Shown: in pieces, positions 1-9,415 of the stretch
How the letters are laid out: every line of letters starts with the position of its first letter
How positions within the stretch are numbered: the first letter of the stretch is position 1
Origin: Chloroflexota bacterium
Lineage (GTDB): Bacteria > Chloroflexota > Dehalococcoidia > Lucifugimonadales > UBA3495
NCBI GenBank assembly: GCA_027623815.1
Contig: JAQBUV010000001.1
Location: 67,295-131,294 of the forward strand
Length of the DNA stretch: 64,000 bases
Direction: 5' to 3'
The notes under the pieces: generated by a model
Told to the model about the DNA's origin: nothing
What the model saw: the letters and a program-made list of their open reading frames with translations, nothing else
Database searches by the model: none
Position numbers and translations under genes: made by a program

Positions 1-1810
1 CCGAGGCATCATTCTCGTTTTCGTAGGCGCGGGCCAGCGACAGGAACTGGGTCACCGGCAGCAGCCCGGCCCGAGACAGCGCATAGGCGTCGTTCTGGAT
101 ACCCAATCGGTCGGTTGCCGGCAAAGCCAATGACTCAATGGCGGGCACCAGCCGCTCCCAGTCTTCGGCAGAGTAGTTAACCCGATAGAATCCGGTTTGC
201 AGCGGGTTCACTTTGAACCATTGCTGCGGGCCGGTTCCCGACGCCAGACTGATGCTGGCCTGCCGTTCGTTCATTACCAGAGACACCGGTGGGGCATCGC
301 CACTGGCCGCGACCCGAATCGGCACCCGCCAGGTTGTCGCCTCCGGTTCTCCTTCACCCAGCAAACTATCATAAACGAACCGCTGCTGGGATAGGGTGAT
401 TTCGGTCTGGCCGCCAGACTGTCGGGCTGTCACATCCAGAACCGGATAACCCATCTGACCAGTCCAAGTGTTCATGATGGAGGTCACCGGCTGTTTTGAT
501 GCTTCTTCCAAGGCCGACCACAGGTCTTTAGTCTGAGCGTTTTGGTACTGGTGGGCGGAAAGATAGCGATACAGCCCCTGCCGGAACACCTCTGGAGTCA
601 GGAACTGCTCGAGCATGCGAATTACCGACGCGCCTTTGCTGTAGCTGATAGCATCGAATAGCTGGCTGACCTCAGCCGGGTCTTTGACTTCCTGTTCGAT
701 GGGATGGGAGTTTTTCAGACCGTCCAGGCTCAAGGCCCGGTTGGTGTCCATGTTGACGAACTGGGTCCACATCTGCCATTCCGGGAAGAGCCAGTCCACG
801 GCCTTGGTGCCCATCCACGATGCAAAACTCTCGTTCAGCCAGAGGTCGTCCCACCAGGTCATGGTCACCAGGTCGCCGAACCACATGTGGGCCATCTCAT
901 GGGCCACCACCTCGGCCACCCGCTGGCGCGTACCGGCGGAAGAATTCTGCGGGTCTACCAGCAATGCAGTCTCCCGATAAGTCACCGCGCCCCAGTTTTC
1001 CATTGCTCCGGCGGCAAAGTCGGGGATGGCGATGTGGTCCAGCTTCTCCAATGGATAGGGTATGCCAAAGTAGTCGTTGAAGAAGGACAGCAGCTTGACC
1101 GAAGTATCTAGCGCAAAGCGGCCCTGCTCCTCCTTTCCCCGAGTCGTCCAGACACCGACCCGAGTGCCGCTGGCGGCCTCTTTCTCGATGTGGGTCAGGT
1201 CGCCGATCACGAAGGCCAACAAGTAGGTCGACATAACTGGAGTCTCGGCGAATCGCACCGATTTCAACCCCGCACCGGAGGGGCTGCTGGCAACCATTGG
1301 CGTGTTGGAGATTGCCACCATGTCTTCAGGTACTACCAGCGTACATTCAAACTTGGCCTTGCGCGCCGGTTCGTCCCAACAGGGGAAGGCTTGTCTGGCG
1401 TCGGTCGCCTCAAACTGGGTGGTGGCCAGGTACTTGGTCTCGCCTTGTTCGGTGATGTACTGGCTGCGGTAGAAACCCCGCAGCTTGTCGTTGAGTATTC
1501 CGGTAAATTTCAAAACTATCTGGGCGGTTCCCGTCACAATCGGCTGGGGGAAGCTGATGGCAGCGGTTTCGACCGCTTTGGCATAGCTGATGCCGCTGGC
1601 GGCAGTTGTAACGCCATCGCGCACCAACGCCGCAGAATGAATTTCAATGTCCGACGAGTTAAGGAGTATCTCGGAGGTACTCTCGGAAATGGCAATGTCG
1701 ATGGTCTCTTCGCCCTGAAAAGTGAAGTCTTGGAAGTTGGGCTGGAGCTTCAGCGTATATTTTTGGGGAATGACGTTCTTGGGTAGGATAACTGCCTCGG
1801 ATGCAGGCAT
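1..1810 (-). CDS. pepN: M1-family aminopeptidase N, N-terminal ~603 aa (C-terminus lies beyond the window start)
   Basis: Absent from the ORF track because it runs off the window. My reverse-strand translation from ATG at 1810 (GGAGGAG 7 nt upstream) stays open to position 1. It contains VVAHEMAHMWFGDLVTMTWWDDLWLNESFA (HEMAH codons 887-901), the HEXXH-18-E zinc signature. Confidence 0.9.
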   Translation of the reverse strand, partial: MPASEAVILPKNVIPQKYTLKLQPNFQDFTFQGEETIDIAISESTSEILLNSSDIEIHSAALVRDGVTTAASGISYAKAVETAAISFPQPIVTGTAQIVLKFTGILNDKLRGFYRSQYITEQGETKYLATTQFEATDARQAFPCWDEPARKAKFECTLVVPEDMVAISNTPMVASSPSGAGLKSVRFAETPVMSTYLLAFVIGDLTHIEKEAASGTRVGVWTTRGKEEQGRFALDTSVKLLSFFNDYFGIPYPLEKLDHIAIPDFAAGAMENWGAVTYRETALLVDPQNSSAGTRQRVAEVVAHEMAHMWFGDLVTMTWWDDLWLNESFASWMGTKAVDWLFPEWQMWTQFVNMDTNRALSLDGLKNSHPIEQEVKDPAEVSQLFDAISYSKGASVIRMLEQFLTPEVFRQGLYRYLSAHQYQNAQTKDLWSALEEASKQPVTSIMNTWTGQMGYPVLDVTARQSGGQTEITLSQQRFVYDSLLGEGEPEATTWRVPIRVAASGDAPPVSLVMNERQASISLASGTGPQQWFKVNPLQTGFYRVNYSAEDWERLVPAIESLALPATDRLGIQNDAYALSRAGLLPVTQFLSLARAYENENDAS

Positions 1811-2037
1811 TGATCGACTCCTCCACACTCGGTATAGGATGTGTTTTCATGTGTTTTCAATGGTTGGGGGCGTTGAGGGTTCTGCTGGTCAATTCTAGTG
1901 ACAAACCAGATGTCAGTTTACCATTTATGACGATGGTTAGTCTGCCCGGCGTTTGGTGGACGAGAACAATCGCCGGTTTTTCAAGGGAGACAATCCGCCG
2001 GCAACCCTTGGTGAGGCCCAAGCCGTAGTGGTCAAGA

Positions 2038-2112
2038 CCGTCGCACCGGCGGAAGCCGGTGTCCAGTCTCGTTCCCTGGATTCTGGCTTCCGCCGGTGCG
2101 ACGGGGATTCCC
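2038..2112 (-). repeat. Short copy of structured repeat family 1 (core hairpins only)
   Basis: Perfect 18-bp inverted repeat GTCGCACCGGCGGAAGCC (2040-2057) / GGCTTCCGCCGGTGCGAC (2085-2102). Read on the reverse strand it has the same plan (outer CGTC..GACG stem around two GC-rich hairpins) as the copies at 15503, 18574 and 28265. Confidence 0.6.
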
Positions 2113-2165
2113 TACGGGGTAAGATATGATCGCGCGTTCAACATTCTGCAATAAGCTGTCAAAGC

Positions 2166-2194
2166 TGAGGGTCAATGTTATAATGTGGACGACT
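2166..2194 (+). promoter_or_regulatory. Putative sigma-70 promoter for leuCD
   Basis: CTGTCA - 17 nt - TATAAT (2189-2194), about 70 nt upstream of the leuC ATG. Confidence 0.35.
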
Positions 2195-2262
2195 CAGCTA
2201 GCGGCCAGACTGCCGTGCGATTTATTCCAGTTACCTGCAACGCTGCGAGGAGAGAAAATTCC

Positions 2263-3666
2263 ATGCCCCCCAAGACAATGTTTGAAAAAATTTGGGACGC
2301 CCACGTCGTTCACGAAGAGCCAGGGCAACCCTCGATCATTTACGTTGACCTGCACCTGATTCACGAAGTCACCACCCCGCAGGCGTTTGAAGGTCTGCGG
2401 CTGGCCGGACGCAAGGTGCGTCGCCCTGACCTGACCGTGGCTACCGTGGACCACAACACTCCCACCTGGGATTTGTCCTTGCCCGTGACCGACGAAATCT
2501 CCAAGCGTCAGTTGGACGCGTTGGAGGACAACCTCAAAGGCACCGGAATCGCTTTCTATGACCGGTACAGCCCCAACCAGGGCATCGTCCACGTTATCGG
2601 CCCGGATTTAGGATACACCCAGCCGGGCAAGACAGTGGTTTGCGGCGACAGTCACACCTCCACTCACGGCGCGTTGGGCTGCCTGGCCGTGGGCATCGGC
2701 ACCTCCGAGGTGGAGCACGTGCTGGCGACGCAGACGCTGCGCCAGTTCAAGCCTAAGACGATGGAAGTGCGGGTCAACGGCCCCCTCCCGCCGGGTGTTG
2801 TCGCCAAGGATGTAATCCTGGGCATCATCGGGCAGATCGGCATAAACGGCGGCATCGGCCATGTCATTGAGTACACCGGCGAGGCGATTCGCTCCCTATC
2901 GATGGACGGGCGCATGACCGTCTGCAATATGAGCATCGAAGGCGGGGCCAGGGCGGGCATGATCGCTCCTGACCAGACCACCTTTGACTACGTGAAGGGC
3001 CGTCAGTTTGCCCCCCAGGGTGCGGACTTCGAGGCAGCGGTTGCGGAGTGGCGCAAGCTGCCCACCGATGCCGGGGCGACCTTCGACAAACTGGTGGAGA
3101 TTGAAGCTTCTGACCTGGAGCCTTTCGTCACCTGGGGCACCAATCCGGGCATGGTGACCAAGATTACCAGTCGGGTTCCCGATCCGGCGTCCTTCAGCCA
3201 ACCCCACGAGCGCGAAGCGGCGGAGCGGGCTTTGACCTACATGGGCCTGGAGCCGAACACTCCGATTCAAGACATCAAGATTGACCGGGTGTTCCTGGGG
3301 GCTTGCACTAACAGCCGCATTGAAGACCTGCGGGCCGCGGCTGAAGTTATCAAGGGAAAGCACGCCCACCCGGATGTGTACGCTATGGTGGTGCCCGGCT
3401 CGGCCCGGGTCAAGGCGGAGGCCGAAGCAGAGGGCCTGGACCGCATCTTCACCGACGCCGGTTTCGACTGGCGGGTGGCTGGTTGCTCGATGTGCCTGGG
3501 CATGAACCCGGACGTGTTGCAGCCAGGCCAGCGGTGCGCCTCAACGTCCAACCGAAACTTTGAAGGTCGCCAGGGCAAGGGCGGGCGCACCCACCTGGTT
3601 AGCCCACCAATGGCCGCCGCCGCCGCCATCGCTGGACACTTTGTTGACATCAGAGAGTGGAAGTAA
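2263..3666 (+). CDS. leuC: 3-isopropylmalate dehydratase large subunit
   Basis: ORF 2185-3666. [11 protein letters not shown]..., [20 protein letters not shown] and CSMCLGMN are aconitase-family LeuC motifs. I prefer ATG 2263 because GGAGAG lies upstream and the N-terminus is then canonical. Confidence 0.95.
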   Translation: MPPKTMFEKIWDAHVVHEEPGQPSIIYVDLHLIHEVTTPQAFEGLRLAGRKVRRPDLTVATVDHNTPTWDLSLPVTDEISKRQLDALEDNLKGTGIAFYDRYSPNQGIVHVIGPDLGYTQPGKTVVCGDSHTSTHGALGCLAVGIGTSEVEHVLATQTLRQFKPKTMEVRVNGPLPPGVVAKDVILGIIGQIGINGGIGHVIEYTGEAIRSLSMDGRMTVCNMSIEGGARAGMIAPDQTTFDYVKGRQFAPQGADFEAAVAEWRKLPTDAGATFDKLVEIEASDLEPFVTWGTNPGMVTKITSRVPDPASFSQPHEREAAERALTYMGLEPNTPIQDIKIDRVFLGACTNSRIEDLRAAAEVIKGKHAHPDVYAMVVPGSARVKAEAEAEGLDRIFTDAGFDWRVAGCSMCLGMNPDVLQPGQRCASTSNRNFEGRQGKGGRTHLVSPPMAAAAAIAGHFVDIREWK

Positions 3667-3677
3667 AGGAGCATCCC

Positions 3678-4265
3678 ATGGAACCCTTTGTCAGATTAAA
3701 CGGCGTCGCCGCACCCATCAACCGGGTCAACATCGACACCGACCAGATCATTCCCGCCATCCACTTGAAGCGCATTGAGCGCACCGGCTACGGACAGTGG
3801 CTATTCGGCAGTTGGCGGTTCAAAGAGGATGGCAGTCCCAACCCGGACTTCGTGCTCAACGACCCCAAATACCAGAGTCCCAGCATCCTGGTGGCCGGAC
3901 GAAACTTCGGCTGCGGTTCCTCCCGCGAGCACGCGCCCTGGGCCTTGCAGGACTTTGGGATACGGTGCATCATCGCGCCCAGCTTTGCCGACATTTTCTT
4001 CAGCAACTGTTTCCAGAACGGACTGCTGCCGGTGGTGTTGCCTGAGGAGCAGGTGCAGCAGTTGATGGACAAATTAGAGAAAGACCCCGGCACCCGGCTG
4101 ACTGTAGACCTGCAAGCCCAGCGCATCTGGGATGAGGACGAAGAAGTGGTGCTGATCTTTGAGGTTGATCCCTTTCGCAAAGAGTGCCTGCTCAACGGTC
4201 TGGACGAGATTGGCCTGACTATGCAGCAAGAGGACGAAATCAGCGCGTTTGAGGCCAGACACTAA
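3678..4265 (+). CDS. leuD: 3-isopropylmalate dehydratase small subunit
   Basis: MEPFVRLNGVAAPINRVNIDTDQIIPA..., GRNFGCGSSREHAPWAL. It starts 12 nt after the leuC stop, with AAGGA upstream. Confidence 0.95.
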   Translation: MEPFVRLNGVAAPINRVNIDTDQIIPAIHLKRIERTGYGQWLFGSWRFKEDGSPNPDFVLNDPKYQSPSILVAGRNFGCGSSREHAPWALQDFGIRCIIAPSFADIFFSNCFQNGLLPVVLPEEQVQQLMDKLEKDPGTRLTVDLQAQRIWDEDEEVVLIFEVDPFRKECLLNGLDEIGLTMQQEDEISAFEARH

Positions 4266-4304
4266 ACTGCCAGTCAGTCATTGGTCTCACCTCAGGCCAT
4301 TAGT

Positions 4305-5477
4305 CTACCGCTGGGCAGTTACCAGGGCGTCGAATAGTCCCAACTCCGCCTTGCCGATGATCTCCATAGTCTGGTCCAGGTTGGGCGGCATTAGTGTGCA
4401 GGTGCGCACATCTCGGAATATGCGTTCCAGCGGCATGCGCTTGTGGGCGCTGCGCCCTCCCACCGTCTGAATGGCCAGGCCGGTGACCGAGAGAGATGCC
4501 TGAGTCGCCAGATACTTGGCGCGGGCCGCCCAGATCGCTCGCTCGGCGATTTTAGATTCGGCCCAGTGGCTCGCCGCTTGGTACACCACCAGGTGAGCGC
4601 CCTCCAGGGACATGGTCATCTCCGCGACGTTTCGCTGCACGATCAAGCTCTCCGCCAGCAGTTCCGGGTCGGGATCGAAGTGGTGAGTCCTACAATATTC
4701 AACGGTATAATCCAGTGCTGCCTGGGCCGCCCCCAGATAAACTGCGGCGTAGCCCAGTCCGAAGGCCAGCCCCACGCCCAACCGTTGGGACTGCCCGGCT
4801 TCCCCCAGCACATCCTGCTCACCAACGCGGCAGTCTTTAAAAGACACACTGGGACTGATGGTGGCCCTCATGCCCAGGGTGTTCCAATCGCCGATTATAT
4901 TCAGTCCTGGAGTGCCGTGGGGCACCAGAGCCAACAACAAAGCCTGTTCAGGATCGGCATCTTCCAAGCTGCAATGAACCATATAACGGTGCGCCCCGCC
5001 CGCCATGGTGCAAAAGTGCTTTTCGCCATCTATAACATATCCGCCACCACTAGGCGTGATCGTGGTTTGGCGATGAACTGCGCCGCCGCGTGATTCCGGT
5101 TCGCTGCCCCAGCTACCGAACAGCTCCCCCTGATTTACTACTTCAGAAAAGTAGAGTGATTTCTGTTGATCGGTGCCCAAAGCGTCGATAAAGCGCATTA
5201 CAGTGGAATGCATATGCGCCGTCATCGCGGTGCTGGTGCAGCCCTCAGCCAGCTTTTCCATCACCATGCAATAGGTGAGCATGTCCAGGCCCAAGCCGCC
5301 ATATTCCTTGGGCACGGCAGCCGCCAGAAAGCCGTTTTGCCACAGGTCGTGCCAGCTCTCCGTGGGATGAACACCGGCCTCATCATAATGTTCGGCTCGC
5401 GGCGCCAACGACTCTTTAGCCAAGCGCTGGGCCAGGCTTACAAAATGAAGCTGCTCGGCGGAAACTTCAAAATCCAT
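4305..5477 (-). CDS. Acyl-CoA dehydrogenase family protein
   Basis: 390 aa. The ACAD-like N-terminal helical, middle beta and C-terminal helical layout is recognisable (KEYGGLGLD..., FGSWGSEP..., IQTVGGRSAHKRMPLERIFRDVR). Confidence 0.85.
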   Translation of the reverse strand: MDFEVSAEQLHFVSLAQRLAKESLAPRAEHYDEAGVHPTESWHDLWQNGFLAAAVPKEYGGLGLDMLTYCMVMEKLAEGCTSTAMTAHMHSTVMRFIDALGTDQQKSLYFSEVVNQGELFGSWGSEPESRGGAVHRQTTITPSGGGYVIDGEKHFCTMAGGAHRYMVHCSLEDADPEQALLLALVPHGTPGLNIIGDWNTLGMRATISPSVSFKDCRVGEQDVLGEAGQSQRLGVGLAFGLGYAAVYLGAAQAALDYTVEYCRTHHFDPDPELLAESLIVQRNVAEMTMSLEGAHLVVYQAASHWAESKIAERAIWAARAKYLATQASLSVTGLAIQTVGGRSAHKRMPLERIFRDVRTCTLMPPNLDQTMEIIGKAELGLFDALVTAQR

Positions 5478-5860
5478 TTCCCCTCTCAGTGCTGCCCTGC
5501 GTCCAGTATGTGTCTTGCAAAAGGACGCAATCGAATATCTGCGATCCTAGGCTTTGGATGAGTGCCAACAGCCAAAAGATTCTACGTTTTCCGGTTAATT
5601 CTGACGAGGATACCAACGATAAGTTCTAACGCTGTTGGCGCTAGAATCAACCGAATTTCGCAGAACACCGGTGGTTCTGGTGTGGAATGAATATTGATTC
5701 GATTGTTTTCCTTGTTGTTAGCTCAATAGGAGTGATAAGAAGTATTGTAACAAATAAGTCACAGCTTTTTCAGAGAGTGCCTGAAAAGCCGTTCTTGATG
5801 TGAGAGTGCCGACCATGTAATAGATTCGCGAACATCTGAAGATGGAGCCAGTAAGCTATA

Positions 5861-6550
5861 GTGAAAATCCTGATCGGCGATAAAGACCCCAAATCCATTG
5901 AAGCCGTCGGGAGCTGCTGCGCCATTCGCTGGCCGCATCGGGAATTGCTTGCCACTGAAGACCCCGACCAATTGATGCAAATGATCGAGCAGGAAGCCCC
6001 GGACCTGGTGGTGATGGAAACAGAACTTTCCACCGAGTTGGGCGTTGGCCTTTGCCGTGAGATTCGCAACTTTTCCGCCGTGCCCCTGATCATGATCACT
6101 TCCACAGGAGCCGAAAAAGAAATTATCAGGGCGCTGGACGCCGGAGCGGATGACTGCATGAGCAAGCCAGTCCGGCAGCTGGAGATGCTGGCCCGTATCA
6201 TCGCCCTGCTGCGCCGCGCCCAGAAGCTCCCGCTGACCAGTCAGGGGCAACCCTTCGTGTCGGGAAAACTGTTCATAGATTTCGACATTTATGAGGTTAG
6301 AATCGAAGGCAAAGAAGTAAAACTCACCACCACCGAATTCGAAATTCTCCGCTGTTTGGTAAAAAACCCCAGAAGGGTCATGTCCCATTCCCAACTATCT
6401 CACCTGGTCTGGGGCGAAGATGGGCAAAGCTCCCGAAATGCCCTGAAAGTGCATATACAGCATCTGCGCAACAAACTCGGTGACACCGCCAGAGAATCTC
6501 ACTATATCCTCAGCGAACGAGGCTTGGGCTACAAATTCTCCACCGTCTAG
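5861..6550 (+). CDS. OmpR/PhoB-family response regulator with atypical receiver (Glu at the phospho-acceptor position)
   Basis: GTG start. The receiver has T (LIMITSTG) and K (MSKP) conserved, but shows DLVVMETEL where DLVLLDLML is expected. The C-terminal winged helix is present (TTTEFEILRCLVKNPRRVMSHSQL...GLGYKF). Confidence 0.85.
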   Translation: MKILIGDKDPKSIEAVGSCCAIRWPHRELLATEDPDQLMQMIEQEAPDLVVMETELSTELGVGLCREIRNFSAVPLIMITSTGAEKEIIRALDAGADDCMSKPVRQLEMLARIIALLRRAQKLPLTSQGQPFVSGKLFIDFDIYEVRIEGKEVKLTTTEFEILRCLVKNPRRVMSHSQLSHLVWGEDGQSSRNALKVHIQHLRNKLGDTARESHYILSERGLGYKFSTV

Positions 6551-6585
6551 AGCGTATGCGCTCGTTTCGTTTTTGATCCAGCAAC

Positions 6586-6615
6586 GCCCGCCAAATTTAA
6601 GGCGGGCTTTCTCTT
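6586..6615 (+). terminator. Intrinsic terminator after the response regulator gene
   Basis: GCCCGCC-aaatttaa-GGCGGGC followed by TTTCTCTT. A weaker GAGCG-tatg-CGCTC + GTTTCGTTTTT lies just upstream (6550-6575). Confidence 0.55.
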
Positions 6616-6714
6616 GTCCGCATATTGGGCAGTCGGATGGTATACTCTGTCTAATTTAGGACAAAACACCCTGGCCCACAGAACTACTGGAGCAAGCGTA
6701 AGAAAGGTGATGAC

Positions 6715-8361
6715 ATGAAAACGATTGATGCCATAGCAGAAATTCTGAAGAGGGAGGGCGTAGAATTCCTCAGTTGCTTTCCCACGACACCAGTGATCGA
6801 GGCGGCAGCAGCGGCCGGAATACGACCCATAATCTGCCGCCAGGAACGGGTTGGCGTAGGAATCGCCGACGGCTATGGAAGGGTCACCAACGGCGAAAAA
6901 CCAGCGGTATTCGCTATGCAATACGGCCCGGGCGCAGAAAATGCCTACGCCGGAGTGGCCACGGCCTACTCGGACTCCACGCCCATGTTACTGCTTCCCT
7001 TGGGCCACCCCACAGACCGGCAGGGCGTATTTCCCCTGTTTTCATCTATGACCAATTATGCCGGCGTGACCAAGCACATTGAGCAGATCAATTCCGCTGA
7101 CAAGACATCGGCGGTAATGCGTCGGGCGTTCGCTGCGCTCTATCAGGGGCGGCCTGGGCCGGTGATGGTTGAAATTCCGGCCGACATTGCCTTAGAAGAA
7201 GTTGGCGAGGAATCGTTTTTCTGGAGCAAGAAAGTACGGCACACCGGATCGCAGGGAGACCCCCGCGACGTTGAAGCAGCGGCGCGGGCCTTGTGCGAAG
7301 CCAAGTACCCAATAATCCACGCCGGTCAGGGAGTTCTGGCGGCCCAGGCCACCGACGAACTGGTGGAACTGGCCGAACTGCTGTCAACACCGGTGATGAG
7401 CACGCTATTGGGCAAAAGCGGCTTCCCGGAAATGCATCCCCTGTCCCTGGGCAGCGGCTCCGGAGTAATGTCTGGGCCGGTGTACCACTTCATGCGCCGT
7501 TCAGACGTGGTGTTCGGCATTGGTTGCAGCTTCACCAAGCACGGCATGTCCATGAACTTGCCGCCAGGCAAGACATTGATTCAGGCGACCAATGACCCCC
7601 GCGATGTGCATAAGGACTACGACATCGACCACCCCATCATCGGCGACGCCAAGCTGGTGCTGCGGCAGATGATCGAGGCATGCCGGGAAATCGTGGGCGA
7701 AACCAGGAAGGGCAACGAGTCGGTGGCTGCTGAGATCAAGTCGGAGCGCGATGGCTGGCTGGCCCAGTGGACGGCCAAGATTACCGCCGCCGGGCGGCCC
7801 ATTAATCCTTACCGGGTGATCTGGGAGTTCATGCAGACGGTGCCGCCGCAGGATGCCATCATCACCCACGATTCGGGCAGCCCCCGAGACCAGATCACGC
7901 CCTTTTACCGCTCCAACGGCCCCAGGACTTACCTGGGCTGGGGCAAGTCGCACGGCCTGGGAACCGGGCTGGGATTGGTCATCGGCGCCAAGCTGGCCGC
8001 GCCGGAAAAGATGTGCGTGAACTTTATGGGCGACGCTGCCTTCGGTATGACCGGGCTAGACTTTGAGACTGCGGTGCGTTCAGGGATACCCATAACCACA
8101 GTGGTGCTGAACAACTCGTCGATGGCGGTGGAGACTCACGCCATGGAAACCTCGCATCAGCTTTACAACAGCCGCGACCTAGGCGGCAACTATGCCGACA
8201 TGGGAAGGGCGATGGGCGGTTACGCCGAGCGGATCGAAGACCCGGCTGAGATCGGCCCGGCCTTCCAGAGGGCGCGGCAGATGAACGAAGATGGTAGGTC
8301 GGTGCTGTTGGAGTTTATCACCACGCAGGAAATCGACACTTCCCACAAGCGGGCTTTTTAG
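6715..8361 (+). CDS. Thiamine-diphosphate-dependent enzyme (acetolactate synthase-like family, specificity unknown)
   Basis: 548 aa. N-terminal Pyr domain (EGVEFLSCFPTTPV...GIADGYGR) and C-terminal PP domain with the TPP motif MGDAAFGMTG...VVLNNSSM. Confidence 0.8.
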   Translation: MKTIDAIAEILKREGVEFLSCFPTTPVIEAAAAAGIRPIICRQERVGVGIADGYGRVTNGEKPAVFAMQYGPGAENAYAGVATAYSDSTPMLLLPLGHPTDRQGVFPLFSSMTNYAGVTKHIEQINSADKTSAVMRRAFAALYQGRPGPVMVEIPADIALEEVGEESFFWSKKVRHTGSQGDPRDVEAAARALCEAKYPIIHAGQGVLAAQATDELVELAELLSTPVMSTLLGKSGFPEMHPLSLGSGSGVMSGPVYHFMRRSDVVFGIGCSFTKHGMSMNLPPGKTLIQATNDPRDVHKDYDIDHPIIGDAKLVLRQMIEACREIVGETRKGNESVAAEIKSERDGWLAQWTAKITAAGRPINPYRVIWEFMQTVPPQDAIITHDSGSPRDQITPFYRSNGPRTYLGWGKSHGLGTGLGLVIGAKLAAPEKMCVNFMGDAAFGMTGLDFETAVRSGIPITTVVLNNSSMAVETHAMETSHQLYNSRDLGGNYADMGRAMGGYAERIEDPAEIGPAFQRARQMNEDGRSVLLEFITTQEIDTSHKRAF

Positions 8362-8382
8362 CCACCGAAAGACAAGTAAATC

Positions 8383-8414
8383 GGGTAGTGGCCTGGTATG
8401 CCGCGCCACTACCC
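8383..8414. terminator. Hairpin between convergent genes (possible bidirectional terminator)
   Basis: Perfect 10-bp stem GGGTAGTGGC (8383-8392) / GCCACTACCC (8405-8414). There is no U-tract on either side. Confidence 0.35.
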
Positions 8415-8437
8415 TTACAGAGTCGGCTTTATCGACG

Positions 8438-9379
8438 TTAGTTGCCAGCCTCAGCCAGTGTCCGCTCAATGCGGTCGGCCCAGGGCCGCAGCACCGCGTA
8501 GAGGACGTCATTGACCGGAGTGGGCACGCCGACTTCCCGACCCATGCGGACCACAGTGCCGATCAAACCTTCCAACTCCACGGGCTTGCCTTCGGTGAAG
8601 TCTTTGGCCATTGATGACCTGCCCAGTGCCGGGAAACTGTCCAGAGAATTCATCGACCAGTCCAGGGCGTCGTCGTTGATTGGCGCGCCGCGAGCGCGTC
8701 CCACGGCAAATCCCTCAGCAATGGCCTGCTTGAGGACTTCGCGGGTCTCCGGCACCGAACGCATCTCCCCCATTGTGGAGTTGCTGGCGGCGCACACTGC
8801 CGCCGAAGCCGACAAGTAGGCGAATTTCTTCCAGAGCATGTCTACCATATTTTCTTGTAGTTCCACCTGCCAGCCCGCCTCCTGGAAAATAGCCAACAGC
8901 TTCTGACCGCGTTCGGTGATGCCGGGGTTCAACTCGCCGAAATTGGCCCGGCCCGGCCCTCCCTGAGCGACCACACCCGGCTCGCTGATACGGCCTTCCA
9001 GCATTACGGAGCCAATCATCACCCGGGACTCGCCAAAAGCTTCGACCAGATGCTCCCCGTTATCGACTCCATTTTGGAGGGTCAAGATCACGGTGTCCGG
9101 CCCGACCATCGGACGGACCGTGTCGATGGCCGAGTCGTTGTGATACATCTTGACGCTGAACAGCACCAGGTCCTGAACACCTACGCCAGAAGTGTCCTCG
9201 ACCGCCGCCCCGGGCGCGGTGAAAGTGCCGCTGTTGACGCTCTCCACTCGCAGGCCATTTTGCTGTATTGCTTTCAGATGGGGGCCGCGGGCGACGAAGG
9301 TGACATCGTGCCCGCCGCGAGCCAACAGTCCGCCAAAATACCCGCCGACACCGCCAGTGCCCATAACTGCAACCTTCAT
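8438..9379 (-). CDS. 2-dehydropantoate 2-reductase family (ketopantoate reductase-like) oxidoreductase
   Basis: MKVAVMGTGGVGGYFGGLLARGGHDVTFVARG Rossmann N-terminus and an ApbA/PanE-like C-terminal domain. Confidence 0.8.
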   Translation of the reverse strand: MKVAVMGTGGVGGYFGGLLARGGHDVTFVARGPHLKAIQQNGLRVESVNSGTFTAPGAAVEDTSGVGVQDLVLFSVKMYHNDSAIDTVRPMVGPDTVILTLQNGVDNGEHLVEAFGESRVMIGSVMLEGRISEPGVVAQGGPGRANFGELNPGITERGQKLLAIFQEAGWQVELQENMVDMLWKKFAYLSASAAVCAASNSTMGEMRSVPETREVLKQAIAEGFAVGRARGAPINDDALDWSMNSLDSFPALGRSSMAKDFTEGKPVELEGLIGTVVRMGREVGVPTPVNDVLYAVLRPWADRIERTLAEAGN

Positions 9380-9415
9380 CGCTTTAACTCCTAAATTACT
9401 AGATAAACAATGGCT

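Noticed and set aside
684-1786. Several plus-strand ORFs (684-980, 704-1111, 820-1080, 1190-1786)
   Set aside because: All are antisense to the aminopeptidase N gene, whose reverse-strand translation is continuous and carries the HEXXH-E signature.
1811-2262. Possible T-box or leucine leader/attenuator upstream of leuC; N-terminal extension of the leuC ORF from 2185
   Set aside because: I found no T-box (AGGGUGGNACCGCG-like) motif or Leu-rich leader peptide. The prominent hairpin at 2040-2102 belongs to repeat family 1. The extension lacks similarity to LeuC, and ATG 2263 has the RBS.
5478-5860. 380-bp A+T-rich non-coding region examined for a tRNA, sRNA or riboswitch
   Set aside because: No cloverleaf or known riboswitch core is recognisable. 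There is only a modest hairpin, GCTTTTTCAG..CTGAAAAGC (5764-5789). It is most simply the promoter/UTR of the response regulator gene.
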